DNA of 64,000 nt from Squalus acanthias (Eukaryota), in assembly GCA_030390025.1 (NCBI GenBank), contig CM059432.1, forward strand, positions 8,370,001-8,434,000, read 5' to 3'. The first letter of the stretch is position 1. Every line of letters starts with the position of its first letter. A program made the position numbers and the translations under genes. This document shows, piece after piece, positions 1 to 11,239 of this stretch. The notes under the pieces were generated by a model. That model did not search any database. It saw only the letters and a program-made list of their open reading frames with translations, and was not told the origin of the DNA.

Positions 1-64
1 TTGGAAATTTACCTTGCTGAGATCTTGGCTCCATGTGCTTGCTATTTCTTTTTAAGAAGCCGTT

Positions 65-860
65 GTCTTCGGTCCCCACCACAAATTCCGCTCCCTAGCC
101 ACCGACACCATCCGTCTCCCTGGCAACTGACTGAGGCTGAACCAGACTGTTCGCAAACTTGGTGTTGTATTTGACACCGAGATTAGCTTCTGACCGCACC
201 GTCACCAAGACCGCCTATTTCCACCTCTGTTACTTCGCCCGTCTTCGCCCCTGCCTCAGCTCATCAGCTGCTGAAACCCTCATTCATGCCTTTGTTACCT
301 CTAGACTTGACTATTCCAATGCACTCCAGGCCGACCTCCCATCTTCCACCCTCCACAAACTTAAGCTCATCTAAATTCGGCTGCCCATATTCTAACTCGC
401 ACCAAGTCCCGTTCACCCATCACCCCTGTGCTCGCTGACCTACATTGGCTCCAGGTTGAGCAATGCCACGATTTTAAAATTCTCATCCTTGTTTTCAATC
501 CCTCCATGGCCTCGCCCCCTCCCTATCTCTGTAACCTCCTCCAGCCCAACAACCCTCTGCGATATCCTCACTCTTCCAATTCTCCTCTTGCACATCCCCG
601 ATTTTAATTGCTCCACCATGGCCTTCAACTGCCTTGGCCCTAAGTTCTGGAATTCTCTCCTTAAACCTCTCCGCCTCTCTGCCTCTCTTTCCTCCTTTAA
701 GACGCTCCTTAAAACCTACCTCTTTGACCAAGCTTTTGGTCATGTGTCCTAATATCTCCTTATGTGGCTCGGTGTCAAATTTTGTTTCATAACGCTACTG
801 TGAAGTGTCTTGGGACATTTTACTACATTAATGGCATGATATAAATACAAGCTGTTATTG
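65..860 (+). mobile_element. L2-clade LINE, 3' fragment
   Basis: Encodes KTAYFHL...HAFVTSRLDYSN and KLWNSLP-like L2 ORF2 C-terminal motifs with frameshifts, followed by a 3' UTR seen in many other copies in the window. Confidence 0.85.
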
Positions 861-874
861 ATGTAATACTGTTA

Positions 875-1764
875 GGGGGAAAAATTCGGTTGCTTTGCAC
901 CTCCCGTTAGCACCCGAAGAGGGCGCTAATGGGGCGCAAAGCAACTAGCGCCCAGGCGCGGCGATGTTTGCGCCGCTTGCGAAATTGACCAGACATTTTG
1001 CGGCGGCGCTAAACACTACCGCCACGATCTCCTGCGCCCGCAGATCGTGACGTCAGTCGAGCATGCAATGTTCCGTTAGCGCCCCGGACCGGATATTGAG
1101 TGCCACCCCCTGCCTTACCGCCTGCCGCTAGCAACGACAGGTTGAGGGGAGCGTTTTGCAGTCGGGAAGAGACTGGGGGAGCGCTATTTAAAGGCGACCG
1201 CTTCCTGCCTTTTTTTGTCGGCAACATTTTTGCACCACGCATTCTGAGAGAGAGAGAGACTTCTGGAGAGATTCAACATTGTGTGAAGGAGTTTTGGATA
1301 CTGAGCAGCACTTTGCAGGTTCATTTTGATTTGACCTTCCTTGCATCGATTTAGAAGAGACTATGGGGGCTGCACTCTGAGCTCTTTCCCTGGGTCTCCC
1401 CATTGTTCTTTCCAGCAGATTTGATGTACAGGTCTCTCCAGGCCGAGATTCAAGGCTGCAATGAGCAGGGTGTGGATGGAGAGCAAGATTGACCCTCCCC
1501 TTTAAGAACTGGCCGGCGCCAGTGTGTCTGTGTTCCATTGCTGACTGACATCACATGAGCTTCGCCAGCGCTCTGAGGTAGCGCCTCGCTCCTCGGCGTT
1601 AGCGCCTTAAGAGAGGTGTGTAGCACCTGATTTAGTGCTCCAATCACCTCCAGGGGCGATAGAAGCCAAGTTTGCAGTCGGAGGCGATAATTAGTGCCAG
1701 GCGCTAAACTTTGCGCCCGGCCGATAATTGCGCCCCAAACGGGGCGATACTGAATTTCTCCCCC
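875..1764 (+). mobile_element. Non-autonomous PIF/Harbinger MITE, copy 1
   Basis: TIR GGGGGAAAAATTCGGT ... ACTGAATTTCTCCCCC with a perfect 3-bp TSD TTA. The left subterminal region and the gene-start segments match the Harbinger element at 55101-59100. Confidence 0.93.
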
Positions 1765-2224
1765 TTATAGACCAATAACGCTTAAACAAAACTTTCCACA
1801 TGAACCCTTCCACAACTCTTTGGTCCTGTGTATCTGGCCTTTTGTGCTTCTTCCCACCTTTTGCTATACCATTGTTGAAAGAGTCTTCAAGACACTTCAG
1901 TATCACTCCTCGAACTCCCTCCCTAACCACTTCTATCTGTCTCCGTCACCAACCTCTGAAAGCCTTCTTAAAACCCATCTCTCAGGCGCCTCCCACATGG
2001 TGGCAATGGTGATAGACATTTTAACTTCAGCGGCAAATATAAACTCTTGGATCTTTGTACAATGACTGTCCGAGTTGCTGGAGATACAAGAGTTGCTTTG
2101 GTATTGTTATTATAAATGGATCACATACAATGTTAATTGTATTCAAGTGGTGTATAGCAATTGGGTGTTAATTGTATCCAGGTGGTGGGAATGAATTGGG
2201 GACTCACTTGATCTCATATATATC

Positions 2225-2622
2225 TTCTCTTCTTAGGCAGTCCCTCAGAACCGAGGATGACTTGCTTCCACATTAAAAGTGAGTTCTCAGGTGACTGATG
2301 AGTCCAATGCGGGACCTACAGTCTCTGTCACAGGTGGGGCAGACGGTGGTTGAAGGGACGGGTGTGTGGGGTGCTTGGGTTGACGTGCACTCCTTCCGCT
2401 GTTTGCGCTTGGCTTCCGCTTGCTCCCGGTGAAGAGACTCAAGGTTTTCGGCGCCTTCCCGAATGCTTCTCCTCCACTTTGTGCGGTCTTGGGCCAGGGA
2501 TTCCCAGGTGTCGGTGGGGATGTTGCACTTTTTCAAGGAGGCTTTGAGGGTGTCCTTGAAGCATTTCCTCTGCCCACCTGGGGCTCTCTTGCCGTGTCGG
2601 AGCTCCGAGTAGAGCGCTTGTC
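2225..2622 (-). mobile_element. RTE-clade (BovB-like) LINE, 3' end
   Basis: ORF 2273-2626: LYSELRHGKR..GGQRK.FKDTLKASLK..WESLAQDR..WR..CPTC..GLISHLRTH. TCTCATATATA is duplicated on both flanks. Confidence 0.9.
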
Positions 2623-2845
2623 TCATATATATATATATCTATATATATATATATATGTGGGAGCAGGCAGCGGAAGGGTTGCATGCTTATCTTGGGGGTG
2701 TACAGTGTGTGTCTCTGTAAATATCTTGTAAATATCATATCTTGGCTGTGCTCTTGGTGTGTCTTTGATGTAAGGAAAGATTGTATCTCTGCATTTTCTC
2801 TGTGTTTATATTCTGTGAACTTTTGTAGATTCACTCATAGTAACT

Positions 2846-2887
2846 TTACCTGAAGAAGGGGCGATCGATAGCTCCGAAAGCTTGTAA
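2846..2887 (+). ncRNA. Minimal type I hammerhead ribozyme in PLE remnant (~2735-2940), family H1
   Basis: TTAC-CTGAAGA-A-GGGGC..GCTCC-GAAA-GC-TT-GTAA. The downstream sequence matches the PLEs at 41136 and 44973, and TGTAAATA is duplicated on the flanks. Confidence 0.7.
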
Positions 2888-3639
2888 TTTTAAATAAATC
2901 TGTTGGACTATAACCTGGTGTTGTGCGACTTCTCATTTCTGTAAATAAAGGCTTGTAAGTACCTGAAGACTAGGCTCTAGTATTCTATCCTGGCTACCCT
3001 ACTTTAACATATAAGCCCCCAAAATATATTGAAAACTAGTTTGCCGCTCGTTAATATATTCCAAGATTATATTTTTGAATCCTATGGCAAAATTACACTG
3101 TACTGCAAATTGCTTTTTTAAAGAATCCAGCTTCAGTATAATAGGCCTTAGCTTCAAAAGTCATCATTGCCTTTCGGCTTGCTGTAGTTTTGCATTTTTA
3201 TGTAAAAGTCATTGCTATTCATATCGTGTCCAAAGAAATGTGAGCAGGGAACTGCTGAGAATGTGTGTTTTGAGGCACATCTTCATTGTGAAATAAGTTG
3301 CTTATAAACACACAAAGTAACGATCCATTGGTTTGAAATGCATGACAATGCCAGGCAGGTACCAGCACGAACAGTCACAAATCTGTGCAATGGTAGAGAT
3401 GATGAAGGATTGAGGATTTGTAATAGTAAGCAGTTCATCACAATAAACAAGATATTGAAATACTCAAGTCACATTGTGCATCTTGAATACAATCTCACAC
3501 AGTTCTACAGGAATACTGCTTCAGTTATTAAACTCCTGGATTCTGGATTCTAGTTTTTGACTTGCTTGTTTCTGGTATGGCAGGGAAAGAGGATAATGCT
3601 TCTCACAAACAGTTTTCTTTGTCCATTTGAAAATAAGTT

Positions 3640-4540
3640 GTTTTTTTATTCATTGTGGGCATCGCTAGCGAGGCCGGCATTTATTGTCCATCCCTAGTTG
3701 CCCCTAGAGAAGGTGGTGGTGAGCCGCCTTCTTAGAAACATAGAAACATAGAAAATAGGAGCAGGAGTAGGCCATTCGGCCCCTCGAGCCTGCTCCGCCA
3801 TTCAATGAGATCATGGCTGATCATCCAAATTCAGTACCCTGTCCCTGCCTTCTCCCCATATCCCTTGATCCCTTTAGCCTTAAGAAATATATCTAACTCC
3901 TTCTTGAATATATTTAATGAATTGGCCTCCACTGCCTTCTGTGGTAGAGAATTCCACAGGTTCACCACTCTCTGGGTGAAGAAATTCCTCCTCATCTCAG
4001 TCCTAAATGGCTTACCCCTTATCCTTAGACTGTGACCCCTGGTTCTGGACTCCCCGGCCATCGGGAACATCCTTCCTGCATCTAGTCTGTCTAGTCCTGT
4101 TAGAATTTTATAAGTTTCAATGAGATCCCCTCTCATTCTTCTAAACTCCAGCGAGTATAAGCCCAATCGACCCAATCACTCTTCATACATCATTCCTGCC
4201 ATCCCAGGTATCAGCCTGGTGAATCTTCGCTGCACTCCCTCCATGGCAAGAACATCCTTCCTCAGATAAGGCGACCAAATCTGCACACAATACTCAAGAT
4301 GTGGTCTCACCAAGGCCCTGTACAACTGCAGCAAGACCACTGCAATCCGTGTGGTGAAGGTACTCCCACAGTGCTGTTAGGTAGGGAGTTCCAGGATCTC
4401 GACCCAGCGACGATGAAGGAACGGTGATATATTTCCAAGTCAGGATGGTTTGTAACTTCGAGGGGAACTTGGAGGCGATAGTGTTCACATGCGCCTGCTG
4501 CCCTTGTTTTTCTATGTGGTAGAGGTTGCGGGTTTGAGCG
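3640..4540 (-). mobile_element. 3' end of a CR1/Jockey-group LINE (same family as 40085-42360), split by a CR1 insertion
   Basis: Reverse complement of the 42060-42360 tail. It stops at 3733 and resumes at 4337, and a further piece lies at 4675-4805. Confidence 0.8.
3734..4336 (-). mobile_element. CR1 LINE, 3' fragment
   Basis: LYSLEFRRMRGDLIETYKI...FFTQRVVNLWNSLP; (TTTCTATG)n tail. Confidence 0.92.
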
Positions 4541-6078
4541 GACCTGCTGTGCGTTTTGTGTATTAAAAAACTTTGGTGTCATTAATTTGCTTAGCAGATG
4601 CAAAAGACCCTATCTGACGCACACACTTTCTAGCAAGACTCACTGGATAGCAGATTCCCAGGAGCAGGAATTTGGGCGATATATTTCCAAGTCAGGATGG
4701 TGTGTGACTTCGAGGGGAACTTGGAGGTGGTGGTGTTCCCATGCTCCTGCTGCCCTTGTTCTTCTAGATGGTAGAGTTCACGGGTTTGGTAGGTGCTGCC
4801 GAAGAAACTTTACTCTTTGCTCTTTTTACTCTGCTTTTACTCTGCATCCAGCTGTGGTACATCTGTCCTGGGTGTGCCGGAAGACATCACTCCACAGGAC
4901 CAACAACCCACAATTTAATGAGCAAAAAATAATTCCTTCATGCATTAAATTTCAGATGGGGTAAGAGGTATCTTGAATGTATTATATACTAGGAAGTCGT
5001 TTCTGTGTATGGACAGGGAGAACTAACCGTAGAAAGAACCAGTCAGCACATCCCGAGTTAAATGATGGGCAGGTTGACTGTCCACAATGTCCATCATCAA
5101 ACTCAAGCACTGCATGCACGTGTTGTCTCTGACATGTACAATCTCTTGCATACATTAGAGCCTGCATTAGGGCCTTCTCCCTAGTGTCCTGGGCCAATAT
5201 TTGTCCCTCATCGTCTCACGCATTTTAACAGGATCTAGGGAAGAGATAGCAGAGGCATTACTACACATATTTAATAATTAGTTAGAAAAAGGTGTAGTGC
5301 CAGAGGACTGGCGGACAGCTAACATAATAACTATATTTCAGAAATGAGGTAGAACATGTCCAGGGAATTATGGACCAGTCAGCTTAACATCGGTGGTAGG
5401 AAAAATAATGGATGCCCTAGTTAAGGAGAGAATAGAAGAACATCTAGAAACGAAAAGTATAATAATGAACAGTCAGCATGGATTTCAAAAGGGAAAATCT
5501 TGCTTGACCAACCTTATTGAATTTTTTGAAGAGGTAACAGGGAGAGTAGACAATGGTTATGTAGTAGATGTAATTTATCTGGATTTTCAAAAGGCCTTCG
5601 ATAAGGTACCCCATAATAGACTGATGAATAAGGTCAGAGTATGCGGAGTCAGGGGACAAGTAGCAGAATGGATTGCAGGCTGGCTTCAAGAAAGCAAAGA
5701 GTGGGAGTAAAGGGTAGCTATTCAGAGTGGCAGAAGGTGGGTAGTGGTGCTCCACAAGGATCAGTGCTGGGATCACTGCTGTTCACAATTTATATCAACG
5801 ATTTAGACTTTGGAATCAAAAACACAATTTCTAAATTTGCGGATGATACCAAATTGGGGCGGGGGGGGGGGGGGATAGTCAATACTGAGGAGGACTGCAA
5901 CAAATTACAGGAGGATGTTAATAAACTTTCAGAATGGGCAAATAATTGGCAAATGAAGTTCAACACAGACAAATGTGAGGTATTACATTTTGGTAGGAAG
6001 AATAGGGAGGTCACTTATTACTTGGAGGGTGCAAGTCTAGGTGTGTTAGAGGAACAAAAAGATCTCGACGTACAAATA

Positions 6079-6648
6079 CAGTAAACTCTTTCGTATCCAG
6101 CACCTACGGGACCAGGATGGTGCCGGTTGATTAAAAATTCCGGATAACGGAGAGGTATACCTACCAAGGTACGAGAGCCCCGTTTACACAGCCACAGGTG
6201 CTGGAGCCCCGGTTACACGGCCACAGATCCAAGAGTCCGGTTACACGGCCACAGGTACAGGAGCCCCGGTTACACGGCCACAGGTACTGGAGCCCCGGTT
6301 ACACGGCCACAGGTACTGGAGCCCCGGTTACATGGCCACAGGTACAGGAGCCCCGGTTACACGGCCACAGATCCAGGAGTCCCGGTTACACGGCCACAGA
6401 TCCAAGAGTCCCGGTTACACGGCCACAGGTACTGGAGTCCCGGTTACTCGGCCACAGGTACTGGAGCCCCGGTTACACAACCACAGGTGCAGGAGCCATG
6501 GTTACACGGCAAAAGGTACGAGAACCCCGGTTACACAGCCACAAATATACAGTAAAACTTACCTTTGGGTTCCTGAACCTACTCCTGAATTTTGCCGGTT
6601 ATTAGAGAATTCCGGATAATTAGGTGCCATTAAAACGAGAGTTTACTG
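6079..6648. mobile_element. Tc1/mariner (Tigger/pogo-like) MITE with an internal 30-bp minisatellite
   Basis: TIR CAGTAAACTCT...AGAGTTTACTG, preceded by TA (right flank reads TG). It splits the CR1 ORF cleanly. Confidence 0.8.
6175..6545. repeat. 30-bp minisatellite, about 12 copies
   Basis: Unit approximately CCGGTTACACGGCCACAGGTACTGGAGCCC. Confidence 0.95.
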
Positions 6649-8149
6649 TGTACAAATCACTAAAAGTTGTGACACAGGTTAGCAAGGCCATTAAAAATGC
6701 AAACCAAGCACTAGGTTTTATTTCTAGTGGGATAGAATTGAAAAGTAGGGAAGTTATGCTAAATCTGTATCGAACCTTGGTTAGACCACACTTAGAGTAC
6801 TGCGTGCAGTTCTGGTCGCCATATTATAAAAAGGATATAGAGGCACTGGAGAGAGTGCAGAGAAGATTAACAAAGATGATACCAGAAATGCGAGGGTATT
6901 CATATCAGGAAAGGATGAACAGGCTGGGTCTCTTTTCTCTTGAAAAAAGAAGGCTGAGGGGTGACCTAATAGAGGTCTTTAAAATTATGAAAGGTTTTGA
7001 TAGAGTGGATACAGAGAGAATGTTTCCACTTGTGGGGAAGAGCATAACTAGAGGCCATCAATATAAGATAGTCACTAAGAAATCAAACAGGGAATTCAGA
7101 AGAAACTTCTTTACCCAAAGAGTGGTGAGAATGTGGGACCTGCTACCACAGGGAGTGGTTGATGCGAATAGTATAGATGCATTTAAGGGGAGGCTAGACG
7201 AGCATATGAGGGAGAAGGGAGTAGAGGGTTATGCTGATAGATTTAGATGAGGAAAAACGGGAGGAGGCTCGAGTGGAGCATAAACGCCGGCATGGACTGG
7301 TTGGGCCGAATGGCCTGTTTCTGTGCTGTATATCCTATGTAATCCTATGTAGTCAATAAAACAGATTATCTGGTCATTATCACATTTCTGTTTGTGGGAG
7401 CTTGCTGTGCGCAAATTGGCGGCTGTGTTTCCTACATTACAACAGTAACTGCACTTCCGAAAGTATTTAATTGGCTGTAAAGCACTTTGGGATGTCCTGT
7501 GGTTGCCAAAGGCGCTATATATGTATATATATATATGAAGTCTCCCTTTAAACTCACACCTGTTATTCCCAAATCTACTTTGACTAAACAGCATGAATCC
7601 CTTTGAGAAGCGGTACATGGATTACCTAAACCTCCTCTCTAGCTTAGTCTCCAGGTGTTCTATCTCCCCCGACCAACCCCCGACCCCAACCACCTCTCAC
7701 CCTCCCTCACACATCCCCCTTCCTAGTTTGAGTATAACTGGACGTGAACTTCTTTAATCCTACCGCAGGCTCGATGCGTGATTACCAAATTAATTTTTTG
7801 TTTAAGCCAGCTTTTGATATCAGACTTGCCTATGTCCTCATTGCCACCTATGGGTTTAATAGAAGCATAGAATGATACAGCACAGAGCGAGGCCATTCAG
7901 TCCATCGTGCCAGCTCTTTGATAGAGCTGTCCGATTAATCCCACTCCCCCCTGCTCTTTCCCCACAGCCCTGCCTTTACTCCCAATACTCTCTGTCTGCT
8001 ACTCTTCGTGCACTGATTAACTGTGTTTGCAGGATTTCCTATCTGACATAGATTAACGCGGAGATTAACGCATTTATTTTAAACAGGCTTGTGTTCAGAC
8101 AGGCATTTAGGCGCATGGGCTAATAGGTTCACTAAAAATTGTGCACAAG

Positions 8150-8415
8150 ACAGACTTGCATTCATATAGCGCCTTTCATGACCTCAGGACGTCCCAAAGC
8201 GTTTTACAGCCGATGAAGTACTTTTTTGAAGTGTGGTCGCTGTTGTAATGTAGGAAATGCAGGCAGCCAATTTGCGCACAGCAAGCTCCCACAAACAGCA
8301 ATGTGATAATGACCAGAGAATCTGTGTTTTAGTGATGTGGATTGAGGGATCAATATTGGCCCAGGACACTTCTTCAAAATAGTGCCGAGGAATCTTTTAC
8401 ATCCACCGGAGAGGT
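8150..8415 (-). mobile_element. DeuSINE-like SINE fragment
   Basis: Reverse complement of the 3' half of the SINE at 9436-9906. Confidence 0.85.
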
Positions 8416-8417
8416 TG

Positions 8418-8516
8418 AGTCAGTCTCCAGGCCCACACACCTGGAGCCACAGTCAGTCTCCAGGCCCACACACCTGGAGCCACAGTCAGTCTCCAGGCCC
8501 ACACACCTGGAGCCAG
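8418..8516. repeat. 33-bp tandem repeat x3
   Basis: Unit CAGTCTCCAGGCCCACACACCTGGAGCCACAGT. Confidence 0.95.
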
Positions 8517-8689
8517 CACTTTTACAATGTGTAATGCTCAGTAAACGCTGTCAAAGAAACGAGCTGGTAAGTTTCCAGAAACTTTCGGAGCCCTGGAAAT
8601 GCGAGCTTCAGTCAGCACCAACGTTCCCTCGGATTTTATTTTATTTTTCCGGCGCGGACCCTCTACATCTGCTGCACGGCCGCTGTGGA

Positions 8690-8915
8690 TGCGCGGCAAC
8701 CGCGGAGCCTCGCGATTGGTCGGAGCGGGACCTCGCGATTGGTGCACGGCAACCGCGGGGCCTCGCGATTGGTCGCAGCGGGAACCTCGCGATTGGTGCG
8801 CGGCCGGAGCGGGACCTCGCGATTGGTCAGCGGCAACCGCGGGGCCTCGCGATTGGTCAGCGGCCGGAGCGGGACCTCGCGATTGGTCAGCGGCCGGAGC
8901 GCCTCAGAGCGGGAA
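8690..8915. promoter_or_regulatory. CpG-rich array of seven CCAAT (NF-Y-type) boxes; candidate promoter
   Basis: CCTCGCGATTGGT starts at 8708, 8731, 8761, 8785, 8815, 8845 and 8875, with no CpG decay. ATGAT/GTAAGT lies downstream at 8965-8975. Confidence 0.55.
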
Positions 8916-9321
8916 CATTGATCAGGACCACAACAGTTTTGCAGGAAGATTTAAAAAATACAAAATGATGTAAGTGTTTACACCTGAAACAACAGTCTAT
9001 CCTCTGTTCAGAAGCTGAGGGGGCCTGTCATGCATTTCTGGTCTTTTATTTAAAAGTGCGACAAATTACATTTATTCAAAGTTCGACAAATTACATTTAT
9101 TAAAACCTAGTGGATTTTTAACAGCATTACAAAGCTGCGAAGATTTATCGGGCCTCTTGTGATTCTCAGTATAAGGTCCTTAATGAAAATCACCTCTTTA
9201 ATTTCTGAGGTATTTTAACTTGTCTCTGAGCTCTAACTGATCACTCCAGTCCACTGCAAGCTCTGCCAACACTGCTCCCTTAAACCGTCTGCTCTGTCAG
9301 ACGACCCGTCCAACAGGGACT

Positions 9322-9979
9322 GGGCCGGAATTTTCACAGGAGAAAATAGATAGGTTGGAGGCAGGGCAGGGGGGTGGTGGTGAAAGTTGTATAAATCTAC
9401 AACCTGACCCCCCAACCCGCCCACTTTCATCTTTCAGTGTCAGCCGTGGCTCAGTGGGTAGCACCCTCGCCTCTGAGTCAGAAGGTTGTGGGTTCAAGTC
9501 CCGCTCCAAGAGACTTGAGCACATAAAGCTAGGCTGACACTCCAGTGCAGTGCTGAGGGAGTGCTGCACTGTCGGAGGTGCCGTCTTTTGGATGAGACGT
9601 TAAACCGAGGCCCCGTCTGCTCTCTCAGGATATAAAAGATCCCATGGCACTATTTCGAAGAAGAGCAGGGGAGTTATCCCCGGTGTCCTGGTCAATATTT
9701 ATCCCTCAACCAACATAACAAAAACAGATTATCTGCCCATTATCACATTGCTGTTTGTGGGAGCTTGCTGTGCGCAAATTGGCTGCCGTGTTTCCCACCT
9801 TACAACAGTGACCTGCACTTCAAAAAGTACTTCATTGGCTGTAAAGCGCTTTGAGACGTCCGGTAGTCGTGCAAGGCGCTATATAAATGCAAGTCTTTCT
9901 TTCTTTCACTCAGGCAGGTTTCTCACCGTTTCCTGGGTCCCCCTGCACCGTGCAGGTGGGGAACAGAAAAATCCAGCCC
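9322..9979. mobile_element. Harbinger-like MITE (family B) split by a SINE
   Basis: GGGCCGGAATTTTC ... GAAAAATCCAGCCC termini; homologous to 38501-39808. Confidence 0.65.
9436..9906 (+). mobile_element. Full-length tRNA-derived Deu-domain SINE (SacSINE1/AmnSINE1-related)
   Basis: Pol III A box TGGCTCAGTGG and B box GGTTCAAGTCC, a Deu-like core (GGCACTATTTCGAAGAAGAGCAGGGGAGTT), and an L2-like tail ending (CTTT)n. Confidence 0.85.
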
Positions 9980-10040
9980 TAAGTGACAAAGAAGCCAAAC
10001 TTTCCTCCAACTTGCATTTCTATAGTGCCTTTAACGTAGT

Positions 10041-10405
10041 AAATTCTTACAGGGCTTGACAGGGTAGATGCAGGGAGGATGTTTCCCCTGGCTGGGGAGT
10101 CTAGAACCAGGGGTCACAGTCTCAGAATAAGGGGTCGGCCATTTAGGTCTGAGATGAGGAGAAATTTCTTCACTGAGAGGGTGATGAATCTTTGGAATTC
10201 TCGACCCCAGAGGGTTGTGGAGGCTCAGTCGTTGAGTATATTCAAGACAGAGATCGATAGATTTTTGAATATTACGGGAATCAAGGGATATGGGGATAGT
10301 GCAGGAAAGTGGAGATGAGGTAGAAGATCAGCCATGATCTCATTGAATGGCTGAGCAGGCTCGAAGGGGCCAAATGGCCGACTCCTGCTCCTATTTCATA
10401 TGTTC
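10041..10405 (+). mobile_element. CR1 3' fragment
   Basis: MFPLAGESRTRGHSLRIRG..FFTERV.NLWN. Confidence 0.9.
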
Positions 10406-10739
10406 GGGCTTCAGTTTAACATCTTATCTGAAAGACGGCACCTCCACCAGTGCAGCACTCTGTCAGTTGGTGGAGTGTCAGCCTAGATTATGTGCTCAAG
10501 TCTCTGGAGTGAGTCTTGATCCCACCATCTTCTGACTCTAGAAGCAAGACTGCTACACACTGAGCCAAGGCTGACACCCTAACCATGGCCTTACCTGATG
10601 TCCACAAACACTTTTTAAGCAGTTGCCCCCGGCTAACGATTTGGAGTGGGAACCCTGGCTGGTATTTCCTCTCCCTAGCTCCGGGCTAGCTAGCTTAATG
10701 CAACTACAACTCAGCACAGCTAACGAGGGAATTAACGAG

Positions 10740-11140
10740 AGTATAGTAACGTAATGGTTCTGGTACAGGACAGCAAACTAGCGGTCATGAGTTTAGTCCC
10801 ACCATGCAAAGTTATGAAATTGAATTGAATATATCTGGTAATTTCTTGGCTTGCACCTGGAGAACAAAAAAACCATGAAAGCTGCCAGATTGCCATAAAA
10901 ACCCAACTGGTTCATCGATGTCCTTTGGAGAAGGGACCATCTCACCACCATCAGACTGACCCTGTTCTCCCAAAATTGGGGGTTAACAATTAATGGCCAG
11001 TAAAGTAGCCCAACAAGCCACTCAGTTGTCAACCAATCACAGTTACCGAAGGCGGCCCACTGCCACCTTCGGAGGCCAATTACAATGGGCAGTAACTACA
11101 GCCTTACCAGCGTCACCCACATCTCAAGAACAAATTAAAA
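10740..11140 (+). mobile_element. Old degenerate SINE-like element sharing its 3' tail with the LINE at 40085-42360
   Basis: GAAGGCGGCCCACTGCCACCTT...CCAGCGTCACCCACATC matches 42260-42340. Confidence 0.55.
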
Positions 11141-11239
11141 AGATCAGGAATTGCATTTGAGTTCTTCTTGCCTGCATTGGGCAATGCGTTTAGCCCACGA
11201 AACCATTGGGGGGAACTCAAATTTAAGAAGATGTGAACC

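Larger units (their letters stand above)
2105..3009 (+). mobile_element. Probable solo LTR interrupted by RTE and PLE insertions
   Basis: TGTTA...TAACA termini and AATAAA near 2945. No clean TSD. Confidence 0.45.
5212..7345 (+). mobile_element. CR1 LINE ORF2 (RT) fragment, frameshifted and interrupted by a MITE
   Basis: QHGF..GKSCLTNL, YLDFQKAFDKVPH, PQGSVLG, KFADDTK, RPHLEYCVQFWSP motifs followed by the CR1 3' UTR. Confidence 0.95.

Noticed and set aside
6175..6545. CRISPR-like regular array (also 8708-8890 and 58370-58585)
   Set aside because: These are head-to-tail repeats without unique spacers, no cas genes are present, and the context is eukaryotic.
8342..8973. 208-aa and 124-aa ORFs over the CCAAT array
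   Set aside because: They start in SINE or repeat sequence, consist of translated tandem repeats, and show no recognisable domain.
9436..9510. tRNA gene
   Set aside because: The A and B boxes belong to a SINE head that continues into the SINE body; there is no complete cloverleaf.
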